Source: an uncultured Chloroherpeton sp.
GTDB lineage: Bacteria > Bacteroidota > Ignavibacteria > Kapaibacteriales > UBA2268
Direction of reading: 5' to 3'
Assembly (NCBI GenBank): GCA_964500435.1
Contig: CAZCNL010000010.1
Location: 1,326 to 65,325, forward strand
Length of the DNA stretch: 64,000 nucleotides
Positions 8,161-16,825 of the stretch are shown here, one piece after another. Numbering within the stretch: position 1 is the first letter of the stretch; every line of letters starts with the position of its first letter. A program made the position numbers and the translations under genes. The notes beneath the pieces are model-generated. The model was not told the origin of the DNA and ran no database searches. It was given only the letters and a program-made list of their open reading frames with translations.

Positions 8161-8567
8161 TATAGCACCTCAGTTAATTGGTAAACAAAATAAAGTTGAA
8201 TCATATTTACAGCAATATCGGAATAATAGCTGTCGAATTGTACTAAAGGATTTGAAGCACCATCTAATTGGAGAATATCGACAGCAAACCTGAAGGCTCT
8301 TTCAAGGTATTCCTGCGATTTCAGGCGTGATTCATCGGGGGTTTTTGATTTATCCCCGGCAAATAATATTAGTTCACCTTTCGCCATATCTGCGGCACCA
8401 TCAGCCAGTATAATCTCGGCAGGGCTCAAAAACAACCATAAAAACGGTGCAGATGAAGGCATTTCGCCCACTTTGCCGAGCCTGATATTTTTGGCTGGAA
8501 CTCCGATTGACTCAGCATTAAGCAACATACAATCAAGCAAAGCTTCTGAAATATCTCTGAATGTCAT
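8160..8567 (-). CDS. Phage protein, possible head-tail joining or tail terminator
   Basis: Coupled on both sides (ATGA and TAATG overlaps) in the packaging operon; ATG at 8567. Confidence 0.4.
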   Translation of the reverse strand: MTFRDISEALLDCMLLNAESIGVPAKNIRLGKVGEMPSSAPFLWLFLSPAEIILADGAADMAKGELILFAGDKSKTPDESRLKSQEYLERAFRFAVDILQLDGASNPLVQFDSYYSDIAVNMIQLYFVYQLTEVL

Positions 8568-8932
8568 GAGCACTCCCACGGATTATACAAACCTTCAATT
8601 GCTCCTAATTCAGCAGTAGCAGCGTTCCTCTGTGCAGAATATTTGTGCTTTGAAAGCAATTCGAAAGCCTGTTTATATTTTGCTTGCCTGCGTTGCTCGT
8701 ATTCTGGACTTACTGATGATAATTTATCACCTGCCAAATACTCTATTAAGAATGCAAAAGGAGCTATGAGCCAGGAAGTGCCATCTGGTCTCGTATTTGA
8801 AATCGGCAGATTAGTTTCAGCATGTATAATTTCTAAAGCATTGCTTTTTAACATTTCAAAACTACCGTCATCGGTAATTTGTTCGAAAAGTACTGATGGG
8901 ATAAGGCTTTGAATTTCATTAAGTTCTACCAT
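8564..8932 (-). CDS. Head-tail connector, Mu gp36/DUF1320-like
   Basis: Size ~120 aa; C-terminal R...Y.QA.ELL helix; ATG at 8932 preferred over the longer ORF call. Confidence 0.45.
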   Translation of the reverse strand: MVELNEIQSLIPSVLFEQITDDGSFEMLKSNALEIIHAETNLPISNTRPDGTSWLIAPFAFLIEYLAGDKLSSVSPEYEQRRQAKYKQAFELLSKHKYSAQRNAATAELGAIEGLYNPWECS

Positions 8933-8948
8933 AAACAACCTATTTTTT

Positions 8949-10535
8949 TTAAAAATAATAATCCTGAACAACAAAAGGTTTCAACAAAACTCCTCTACGT
9001 CTTCGGACTAATCTGCGTTCATTCAGCAATTCTTCGGCACAAATTACAGCATCCGGACCGTCATCGAGTTTGCCTGCCTTTTTACCTGAAAAAGCAAAAA
9101 GCTGGCTCAGGAAATTAACTGTGTCGGGCTTGCCAGCAAGACTTGATAAAATAAAAACTTTCTTTTCATTCCAAATCGCTTGAAAGTTCTTAGCTAAATC
9201 ATCAACGTGATACCTGCAATATTTGATGTACGGTAATTTTACGCCATAGTGATTTTCAAAACCTCTTACGAATGCTGTCCAGGTGGATTCTTGCGAAACG
9301 TTGCCGTCCATTCCCAAAACTCTGTGATGCTTGGGATTATACATATTTATAACTGACAAAAGCAATTTGTTTGGGTCAGAAAACGACCTACAAACTATAT
9401 CTGTGATATATCTGTTACCGGTTGAAGGGCTGTAAAGATAAGATAATATGGCGGTTGAATCACCTTTTCGTTTCTTGCTCAGGTTCGGGTCGACATAAAT
9501 CACGCCCGCACAATCCTGAGGAATAGAATCAATCCAGTTTAAACCATCTCTATTAATTAAATAACCATCGGGTGGGATTGGATTTTGTTGAAAATCGCCC
9601 TGCCATTCGGATTCGGAAGCTGCTTTAACCATACCTTTCAATTCTGTTTCAGTTTTCGCAGGATACCTATCTTTCCAAAGCGGAGAAAAGCTAAGTTTTC
9701 CTTTATGCTGGATTTCTCTCCAAGCTTTGAAAACTTTAACCCGCCAACTTGCTGGCAGTTGCCCTGCATTTTGCAAAATCAGCAACTGATTTAAAGCTCC
9801 TCTTTCGTCCGAATTGTTGCCAAGAATTTGCAAGACTCCATTATTTGCCATTGACTGGGCTGTTTCCCGAATTAATTTTATCCTTGCTTCTACTTGGTCT
9901 TCGCCCATACTTGAGGCTGAGGTTTCAATATCATCACCAAGAATAAACTGCGGACGTTCAAACATAAATGTCGCACCTCGTGCAGAATGCCCTTCTGAAA
10001 ACGGTTGCAAACAAATCAATTTATTTTTTTTGTTTTTATCTTTTACTCTGATAATTACTTGGTCGGCATTGTCTTCGAGAAATTCTGCTTCAAAATCGAA
10101 CTGTATTCTTTCATCTTTAATCAGTCTCGTTATATCTTTTAGAATATGTCTCGCACCTGGCAATATTGCCGATAGAGTACCTCCGAAGTTAATTCGACCG
10201 GTTAGAATTAACCAACAGAAGAATTTTTTTAGAGTTGCAGTTTTACCGTGTTTTCGAGGGCCAAGAATAATTTCGACACCAGGAGTAAGAAAACCTTTGA
10301 CTAGTTCTTTGTGAAAATCCGAAGGTTTTGAATAGCCATCGGAATAAGCCTCAGGTTTAAAATAAATGGAATCAAATTTCCAAAAATCAGAAAAAGATAA
10401 TTCCAGGCGTTTTTCCTTGGATTTTTTCGAGGCATCTTCACCCGACCACGGTTCGTTCTTCGCAAGTGATAATCTAAGTTCAGTTTCTTGCGAAAATTTA
10501 TTCATTTCGTGTTCTAAAGCTGAGAAATTTTGCAT
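8949..10535 (-). CDS. Terminase large subunit
   Basis: Walker A GPRKHGKT, Walker B ILGDDIE, nuclease YVDP...DSTA and DDGPDA. Confidence 0.9.
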   Translation of the reverse strand: MQNFSALEHEMNKFSQETELRLSLAKNEPWSGEDASKKSKEKRLELSFSDFWKFDSIYFKPEAYSDGYSKPSDFHKELVKGFLTPGVEIILGPRKHGKTATLKKFFCWLILTGRINFGGTLSAILPGARHILKDITRLIKDERIQFDFEAEFLEDNADQVIIRVKDKNKKNKLICLQPFSEGHSARGATFMFERPQFILGDDIETSASSMGEDQVEARIKLIRETAQSMANNGVLQILGNNSDERGALNQLLILQNAGQLPASWRVKVFKAWREIQHKGKLSFSPLWKDRYPAKTETELKGMVKAASESEWQGDFQQNPIPPDGYLINRDGLNWIDSIPQDCAGVIYVDPNLSKKRKGDSTAILSYLYSPSTGNRYITDIVCRSFSDPNKLLLSVINMYNPKHHRVLGMDGNVSQESTWTAFVRGFENHYGVKLPYIKYCRYHVDDLAKNFQAIWNEKKVFILSSLAGKPDTVNFLSQLFAFSGKKAGKLDDGPDAVICAEELLNERRLVRRRRGVLLKPFVVQDYYF

Positions 10536-11011
10536 TTTTCAAATTCCTCTTTATAAATCAATAAAACATCTTGGTCAGTAGCGTCGGGTTTGAATCTTCT
10601 GATAATTGAGGCAACAACCTCCGAATCTGCACGCTTCATATGTCCTGTAAGGCTTATTTGTTGCATTTTTTTCTGTACGGCGATTAATTTGTCCAACTGA
10701 TTAATTCTTTCGGATGCAGTTAAATTTTTATCGGCCGCAAGGGAAGCCATAGACTTATGATACTCTTTTTCAAAAAGTTCTTCTGCCGTAAAATTCGACA
10801 TAATATCTTCGAGTTTTTGAGTTTTTTCTCTTGGAGACTTGCGATCAAGCAGGCCTTTTATGAACTTCTGATGAGCATATCTTGCCTGCTCGTAAGTGCA
10901 ATTAAATTCATTGGCAACTTCGGAGTAAGTTGCGTTTGGATTTGCTTCTTTCCATTTACCAATTCGCCTCTGCTTTGCAATTGATTGCTGTGGTGATTTA
11001 ATTCTGCCCAT
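10514..11011 (-). CDS. Probable terminase small subunit (N-terminal HTH)
   Basis: ATYSEVANEFNCTYEQAR HTH; overlaps the TerL start. Confidence 0.6.
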   Translation of the reverse strand: MGRIKSPQQSIAKQRRIGKWKEANPNATYSEVANEFNCTYEQARYAHQKFIKGLLDRKSPREKTQKLEDIMSNFTAEELFEKEYHKSMASLAADKNLTASERINQLDKLIAVQKKMQQISLTGHMKRADSEVVASIIRRFKPDATDQDVLLIYKEEFEKCKISQL

Positions 11012-11252
11012 AAAAAATATTCCTTCTTGATTCTTCGATATATTTAGCTGCTTCGTTAAGTGTTAATTTTGCAACAAACATAGTAGACCCAAACTCATTA
11101 CACAGATTCAAATAACCCGGAAAATCAACGCTCTCCCAGCAATGATAAATCGCTGAAAAGTCAATTATGCCGTAAGTTTCAATTGGATCCTGAGCAATTC
11201 CGAGTTGCTCAAGATCTGAGCTGTTGATTAATATTTTACATTTGATTACCAT
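10998..11252 (-). CDS. Hypothetical phage protein, first gene of the leftward operon
   Basis: 84-aa ORF overlapping the terS start. Confidence 0.5.
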   Translation of the reverse strand: MVIKCKILINSSDLEQLGIAQDPIETYGIIDFSAIYHCWESVDFPGYLNLCNEFGSTMFVAKLTLNEAAKYIEESRRNIFYGQN

Positions 11253-11253
11253 A

Positions 11254-11340
11254 AATACAAAATTATACCTTATCGCTGTGAAATATCGTTGTATGCGTAT
11301 ATAGCGGCATTACTCCGTTATATAGAGATAATTTTGTATT
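11254..11340. promoter_or_regulatory. Back-to-back promoters within a 13-bp inverted repeat
   Basis: AATACAAAATTAT (11254-66) and ATAATTTTGTATT (11328-40); each contains TAATTTTG, matching the Bacteroidota -7 box TAnnTTTG. Confidence 0.6.
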
Positions 11341-11376
11341 GTGATTTTTTAATAATTATAATTTAAAAGCAGGAAA

Positions 11377-11931
11377 ATGGACAAATTAAAAGAATTACTT
11401 AGATCGCTTTTTGCAAACGACCCCGAAAAACAAAAGATCGTCGATTCTTTAGATATTAAACCTTTACATGATGAGCGGGAACCATCGCTAGAAAATAAAA
11501 CTAGCGACGAGAATAGCAGAATTGCTAAACTTGAAGCAATGGTTGCAAAGCTTCTGGGATATAACAAGAATTTAGTTGATTTGGTTACTGCGATGACAGA
11601 AAAAGAAAAAAAGCGCGAAGAAACGATTAAAACTCAATCCGAAAAGGAACGTGCTGAGCAAATTAGCAAGATTCTCGAAGATGCAGTAAAGGACACCAAA
11701 ATCCCGGCAAAAAATGATGAAATAAAGAACACTTACAAATCCATTCTTGAAAAAGATTTTGAGAATGGGAAGAAAATAATCGAAGCCTTACCAAAGCTCG
11801 GCTCAAATCCATCGCAGAACGGGCAGGGCTCGACTTATAAAACAGAAAGTGGAAAACAATCAGGACTTAACAGCTCACTTAAGCCCGAATTTGCTAAGTA
11901 CGTCGAGAGCGTACCGACCAGCATAGAATAG
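11377..11931 (+). CDS. Capsid scaffolding protein
   Basis: Charged coiled-coil protein directly upstream of the capsid gene; A..DGKI-like VKDTKIP segment. Confidence 0.6.
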   Translation: MDKLKELLRSLFANDPEKQKIVDSLDIKPLHDEREPSLENKTSDENSRIAKLEAMVAKLLGYNKNLVDLVTAMTEKEKKREETIKTQSEKERAEQISKILEDAVKDTKIPAKNDEIKNTYKSILEKDFENGKKIIEALPKLGSNPSQNGQGSTYKTESGKQSGLNSSLKPEFAKYVESVPTSIE

Positions 11932-11964
11932 AAATTTCAGTTTAAAAATATAAGGAAATTAATT

Positions 11965-12957
11965 ATGGCAACTTTAGCATCAACCTCGAGAATTAACAGT
12001 CCATCAGGACGTGGACGTCAGGCTTTGGGGCTTTTACTTCAGGAATCACCTTTACTTCAATTCCTTGAAGCCCAATCAGGTTGGGAATTACTTGGTACCG
12101 CATTCAACTGGCAGCCTGAAGATACGTCAGAAAAGACGATTGCCGCCCGTGCGATCGGAGGCGGCGTGCAGAATACAGCTCAGGATGTTTCGCCAACTTC
12201 ATTTGTTGCAGGTGCCTTATCTGCTTATAACGCTAATTTCGATATTGACGTATCTTATTTAGCTGATGCAGCTCAGAAGTTAGTAAATATGGATTCGTTT
12301 ATGCTGAAAGAACTCCGGCGACGAGTCAGAGCTTTGGCGACAACATTAGAATCTGAATTGATGAGGGGAACAGGCTTAAATAATACGATGAAGGGCTTAA
12401 AGACAATTCTCGATGGAGTAACATCGCTACCAGGTTACCCAGGTATTTACCGAGTATCGGATGCTCAGGAAATCACAGGAGGAACAACCAAGTCGTGCGA
12501 CTTGACCGCCAGAACCAATGATGCCGCATTTATAGAGTGGTTCGGTTTGCAGCTTGCAAAAGTTAAAAATCCGGCAGGTATTATATGCAGTCCGCTGATG
12601 GCTGCGAGACTTGATACTATCGGCAGAACGCAATATTTATCTGGTGAAACCAGAGATTTATTCGGCAAACCAATTAAAACCTTTGCCGGTATTCCAATTA
12701 TTCCTTTGCTTGCTTCATCAATTTTAAACAATGAGCCTGACAATACTCCAACTACTCCGCTTGAGGTTACCACATCAATATACATTCTTGCGCCTGGCGA
12801 GCAATCATTATCTGTTGCAACGAACTCAGGGCTTGAATATACCGATTTTGATATACAGTCCGATAAGCAGTCCAACCGTGAAAAGGTTGAGGTTCGTGCA
12901 GCCTGGAAAATAGAAACGCCTGAATCAATCTTAAGAATTAGAAACTTCAAGGTGTAG
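11965..12957 (+). CDS. Major capsid protein (HK97 fold, inferred)
   Basis: 330 aa; LLQESPLLQFL, ELMRGTG....GL..I, GKPIKTFAGIPI patterns; follows the scaffold. Confidence 0.75.
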   Translation: MATLASTSRINSPSGRGRQALGLLLQESPLLQFLEAQSGWELLGTAFNWQPEDTSEKTIAARAIGGGVQNTAQDVSPTSFVAGALSAYNANFDIDVSYLADAAQKLVNMDSFMLKELRRRVRALATTLESELMRGTGLNNTMKGLKTILDGVTSLPGYPGIYRVSDAQEITGGTTKSCDLTARTNDAAFIEWFGLQLAKVKNPAGIICSPLMAARLDTIGRTQYLSGETRDLFGKPIKTFAGIPIIPLLASSILNNEPDNTPTTPLEVTTSIYILAPGEQSLSVATNSGLEYTDFDIQSDKQSNREKVEVRAAWKIETPESILRIRNFKV

Positions 12958-12958
12958 T

Positions 12959-13165
12959 ATGAACCCATATTTCAGAGTAATGCTCGAAAGAATTAAAAAC
13001 GGAACCGAAAACGAAGCGAAAAAGCGCGAAGAAATCATGCTGCACGTTCCTGATGTACTTAAAGCAAAAGTGAAAAAAATGACGAGCGAAGAAATAATAG
13101 AACATCTATGTAATGGCGCCTCTCTAGAAGAGGATAGACCTCCCGAAAACATAGAAGAGAAGTAG
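12959..13165 (+). CDS. Hypothetical phage protein
   Basis: 68-aa ORF coupled to the capsid gene. Confidence 0.5.
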   Translation: MNPYFRVMLERIKNGTENEAKKREEIMLHVPDVLKAKVKKMTSEEIIEHLCNGASLEEDRPPENIEEK

Positions 13166-13251
13166 AATGAAGAGAAAGTCCTCCGGCGATCCTGTACCGT
13201 AAGGAGAACCATCCCGGAGGCAATTTTTTGAGTATAAAAATACGGATAACA

Positions 13252-13500
13252 ATGAATCTTAGCAGTTTCGAATCATGGCTAATGTTAGGATTAATAACAA
13301 CAATGGCGATAATGCTCGGCTATTTTGGCAAAAGGATAGTAAAAGGCTTCGATTATTTAACGATGTTCGCAGCGAGGCAAGAACAGGTAAATTCCTCTAA
13401 TGAAAATAAGCACGCCGAAATAAGCGATGTTGTCAAAGAGCATGCTGAAATTATACAGGATCACGAAGTAAGAATTTCAATTATAGAAAAAAAACCATAG
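13252..13500 (+). CDS. Single-TM membrane protein, holin candidate
   Basis: N-terminal TM (WLMLGLITTMAIMLGYFG) plus coiled coil ending HEVRISIIEKK; upstream of the lysozyme. Confidence 0.45.
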   Translation: MNLSSFESWLMLGLITTMAIMLGYFGKRIVKGFDYLTMFAARQEQVNSSNENKHAEISDVVKEHAEIIQDHEVRISIIEKKP

Positions 13501-13507
13501 GAGTATT

Positions 13508-14083
13508 ATGAATAATTTAGAAAAAATCGGCACCGAAGCAATCAGTTTTGCAAAGAGACATTTGGTTATGATTGCGATTATATTCGCATCAATTTTAGGT
13601 TATTGGCTAATTAGCCAATTTCAGACAAGCAATTCGGAAAAGCTGAATAAGCTTTATTCCGAAATGCAACAATCGCAGGATTCAATTGCCAATACAATTG
13701 AAAAAAAATACGCTGGGGCAAACATTCCCCGGCACTTAATTGACTTAGAAGCATCGGACGCAATCCAAAAATACACTTTAACACCAGTTTATCAAAACAA
13801 AGAGAACGAAGCCCGGAAATTAGAAGCTGAAGCAAATTCTGAAAATCCATATAAGGGGTTGTTGATAGCTACAGGAATCTTAATTATGAGTGCTTTGCTA
13901 ACTGGTTTAATATTGTATTGTATGACCGCAATTAACTTCATCGATATTATCGTTAGAGGCGAAGACTCGAAGTATTCCGAAGCTGAAGCGAAATCGACAA
14001 TTGATTTAATTGGGCTCATATTCAAATATTGCGTTATTGCATTCACTTTGATCGAAAGCGTAATATTGTTTGTAGGCAAATAA
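13508..14083 (+). CDS. Three-TM membrane protein in the lysis cassette
   Basis: Three hydrophobic segments; TAATG overlap with the endolysin start. Confidence 0.5.
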   Translation: MNNLEKIGTEAISFAKRHLVMIAIIFASILGYWLISQFQTSNSEKLNKLYSEMQQSQDSIANTIEKKYAGANIPRHLIDLEASDAIQKYTLTPVYQNKENEARKLEAEANSENPYKGLLIATGILIMSALLTGLILYCMTAINFIDIIVRGEDSKYSEAEAKSTIDLIGLIFKYCVIAFTLIESVILFVGK

Positions 14084-14580
14084 TGAAAAGACTTGCGTTA
14101 TTGGCTCTTTTGCTGGTGATATTTGCTTTCAAAGCTAAAGCACAAGCCGAAATGACTACATCAGCTTACGGAAGAAAATTCATCGAATCCTTTGAAGGGT
14201 GTAGATTAAAAGCATATAAATGCCCGGCAGGAGTTTGGACTATCGGGATAGGCAACACAACGAAAGCAAAGCCCGGGAAAATCATTACTTATCAGATTGC
14301 ACAGCAGTATTTGCAGGAAGATTTGAAACGATTTGAGAGGCACATAAATGCTAATGCTACAAGAAGATTGAAATGGTATGAATTCGACGCATTAACTTCA
14401 TTTTGTTTCAATGTCGGATATAGATTCAAGGGTGATATAGCTATGTATGTAAATAATAATTTAACTGAGAAAGTGGTATCCAAACTGAAACTGTATATCC
14501 ATGCCGGACAAAAGACGCTCGCCGGATTGGTTAGGAGGCGTTTAGCAGAAACTGAACTATACAAAGGAAATTATGAATAA
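14083..14580 (+). CDS. GH24 lysozyme endolysin with an N-terminal signal peptide
   Basis: FEGCRLKAYKCPAGVWTIGIG, FDALTSFCFNVG, GLVRRRLAE; ATG at 14083 overlaps the upstream stop. Confidence 0.9.
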   Translation: MKRLALLALLLVIFAFKAKAQAEMTTSAYGRKFIESFEGCRLKAYKCPAGVWTIGIGNTTKAKPGKIITYQIAQQYLQEDLKRFERHINANATRRLKWYEFDALTSFCFNVGYRFKGDIAMYVNNNLTEKVVSKLKLYIHAGQKTLAGLVRRRLAETELYKGNYE

Positions 14581-15022
14581 GTATTTGATAAGTTGTATTA
14601 CTCTTGTGGTGGTTGCAGGGATGTTCTTTTTGGGACGCTGTACGAGCGAAAAAGAAATCCAATATGTAACAAAAGTAGAGAAAGATACCACTGAGAAAAT
14701 AATCGAAAAGCCAGCTGATCCTCTCGAACTTAACAAAGCAAAGGCAAAGATTGTTTATATTAAAGAAATAGATACGCTAATTGTTACCAAGCCATTTGTG
14801 GCTTCGGTCGATACGATTATTCGCAAGGATACGGTTTTTGTTTCTTACAATTTGCTTGATAATACGTTTGATTTTCATTTAAAGCCTCATCCGGATTCAT
14901 TGCGAATTCAGACTATAACAATCACTACTGAAAAGCTCAAAGAAACGCCTTGGTGGGAAACTACTCTTTACGCACTTAGTGGGTTTGCTGTTGGTGCAAT
15001 TGCTGGAAAGATTGTAAAGTAA
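14573..15022 (+). CDS. Candidate unimolecular spanin
   Basis: N-terminal hydrophobic stretch with lipobox-like LGRC, beta-rich middle, C-terminal TM (TLYALSGFAVGAIAG). Confidence 0.5.
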   Translation: MNKYLISCITLVVVAGMFFLGRCTSEKEIQYVTKVEKDTTEKIIEKPADPLELNKAKAKIVYIKEIDTLIVTKPFVASVDTIIRKDTVFVSYNLLDNTFDFHLKPHPDSLRIQTITITTEKLKETPWWETTLYALSGFAVGAIAGKIVK

Positions 15023-15032
15023 AGGTGCAAAT

Positions 15033-15320
15033 ATGTTTATCCAAAAAACCGAAATCGTAGATGGAAAAATCGTTTCCGACATACTTGGCAAAGTTAAGGC
15101 AGACGAACTCGAATCCGGAGTTGCGGATAAATATTACATTCACGAGCAAACGACATCTAGCGAAGTTTGGGTTATTACTCACAATCTCCAAAAGAAACCA
15201 TCAGTTACATCAGTTGATAGTGCTGGGACTGTCGTGTTTGGGATTGTTGAATATTTGACAGATAATGTTTTGCAGATAACTTTTAAATATCCATTCACAG
15301 GATTAGCATACTGCAATTAA
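15033..15320 (+). CDS. Small phage structural protein (THNL-domain)
   Basis: W.ITHNL...PSV...D..G...V.Y...N.L.ITF. Confidence 0.5.
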   Translation: MFIQKTEIVDGKIVSDILGKVKADELESGVADKYYIHEQTTSSEVWVITHNLQKKPSVTSVDSAGTVVFGIVEYLTDNVLQITFKYPFTGLAYCN

Positions 15321-15335
15321 ATAAGGAGATAAATA

Positions 15336-16817
15336 ATGGCAATACCATTTTTAAACGATATAGATTTATCAGGAGCATTGCAAATTTTAGCAGGTACAGG
15401 CTACCTGGAAATGAATAAAACCGAGTTAAGAAATGCGGTGATTCAGAATCTCGCATCAGAACCAGCGTCGCCTGTAGCTGGACAAGTTATCTATAACACT
15501 GCAAAGACAGATACTGCGAAAGGAAATGGAAAATTTGGCTATCGGACAGCAACATCGTGGGTTTATCCCGATATGGAGAAATCTGTTTATGATACCAATA
15601 ACGACGGTATCGTAGATTACGCAGCAAATTCGGCACTATTAAATAGCCAAACACCAGCGTGGTATTTGAATAGAGCAAATCATACTGGTTCTCAATTAGC
15701 ATCTACAATTTCTGATTTCACAGAAGCATCGCAAGATGCAGTGGGTGCTGCGTTTGTAAGCACGAACTCAATTAGTCCAACTTACAACGACTCAGCGAAC
15801 CAAATGACTTGGAATGTTGTTGTAGTTGCCGGCGGCGGTATCGAAATAGTTGCCGGCGGTATTCAATTAACAAGTATAGTTACAGCAGGCACTTATACGA
15901 AGGTAACAGTTGACGCAAAAGGAAGAGTTACCGCAGGTGCAAATTTAACATCCGGTGATTTGCCAGCTCATACGCACGTTTATACAGATATAACAAATTT
16001 CAATACAGGAGTCAGGACAAATAGTTTAGACCAGTTAGCAGCTCCAGCTGCTGACGTTACCTTTAACAGCAAGAAAATTACAAATTTATCAGACCCGACT
16101 TCGCCGCAAGATGCAGCAACAAAGAATTATGTAGATAATGCAATCCAGGGAATTGACGCAAAGTATTCTGTTCGTGCCGCTACAACTGCCAACATTACTT
16201 TGTCTGGCACTCAAACAATTGACGGAATAGCACTCGTTGCCGGCGACAGATGTTTGGTGAAAAATCAGACAACACCGGCACAAAATGGGATATATGTTGT
16301 GTCAGCATCCACTTGGAGCCGTGCAACTGATATGGACACGTGGGCGGAAGTAGTAGCGGCATATTGTTGGGTTGAACAAGGCGCAACCCAAGGAGATACT
16401 GGTTGGTATTGCACATCTGATGCGGGTGGCACATTAGGGACAACAGCGATTACCTGGACGCAATTCAATTCCGCTGGCACAATTACAGCAGGCGTTTCGT
16501 TGCTGAAAACCGGTAATGTTATAGATTTGCAATACGACCCTACTACAATGGCGGTTAATGGGTCTAATCAAGTAACGCTGGCTACTGCTTACAAGAATAA
16601 AAAAGTAACGGGCGCAATTACGGGTGATGCATCGGCAACATCATTTTCAATTACTCACAATTTGGCTAATAAAGATGTAGTTGTCAATGTTTACGAAGCA
16701 ACTACTGGTTACACAGTATTCCCACTTATCGAAAGATTTGATACGAATACCGTGAAGGTGAGTTTCAAAACTGCACCTGCAACAGGTAAAGTATATAACG
16801 TTGTAATTTTAGGATAA
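15336..16817 (+). CDS. Phage fiber protein (head or tail fiber)
   Basis: GTYTKVTVDAKGRVTAG, LSDPTSPQDAATKNYVD and VRAATTANITLSGTQTIDG motifs; Thr/Ala/Gly-rich. Confidence 0.7.
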   Translation: MAIPFLNDIDLSGALQILAGTGYLEMNKTELRNAVIQNLASEPASPVAGQVIYNTAKTDTAKGNGKFGYRTATSWVYPDMEKSVYDTNNDGIVDYAANSALLNSQTPAWYLNRANHTGSQLASTISDFTEASQDAVGAAFVSTNSISPTYNDSANQMTWNVVVVAGGGIEIVAGGIQLTSIVTAGTYTKVTVDAKGRVTAGANLTSGDLPAHTHVYTDITNFNTGVRTNSLDQLAAPAADVTFNSKKITNLSDPTSPQDAATKNYVDNAIQGIDAKYSVRAATTANITLSGTQTIDGIALVAGDRCLVKNQTTPAQNGIYVVSASTWSRATDMDTWAEVVAAYCWVEQGATQGDTGWYCTSDAGGTLGTTAITWTQFNSAGTITAGVSLLKTGNVIDLQYDPTTMAVNGSNQVTLATAYKNKKVTGAITGDASATSFSITHNLANKDVVVNVYEATTGYTVFPLIERFDTNTVKVSFKTAPATGKVYNVVILG

Positions 16818-16825
16818 GGGGCAAA

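Noticed and set aside
9814-10314. Antisense ORFs from the track (also 12465-12968, 24727-25185, 26196-26780, 37482-37877, 38957-39445 and others)
   Set aside because: They lie opposite well-supported genes, lack RBS or recognisable motifs, and are typical shadow frames
11965-12957. Encapsulin shell
   Set aside because: Context of scaffold, portal and terminase indicates a phage capsid
14029-14082. Upstream start extensions in the ORF track (14029, 21350, 22636, 61682, 8974, 8579)
   Set aside because: Downstream ATGs fit better, through stop-start overlaps, RBS position or the expected N-terminus
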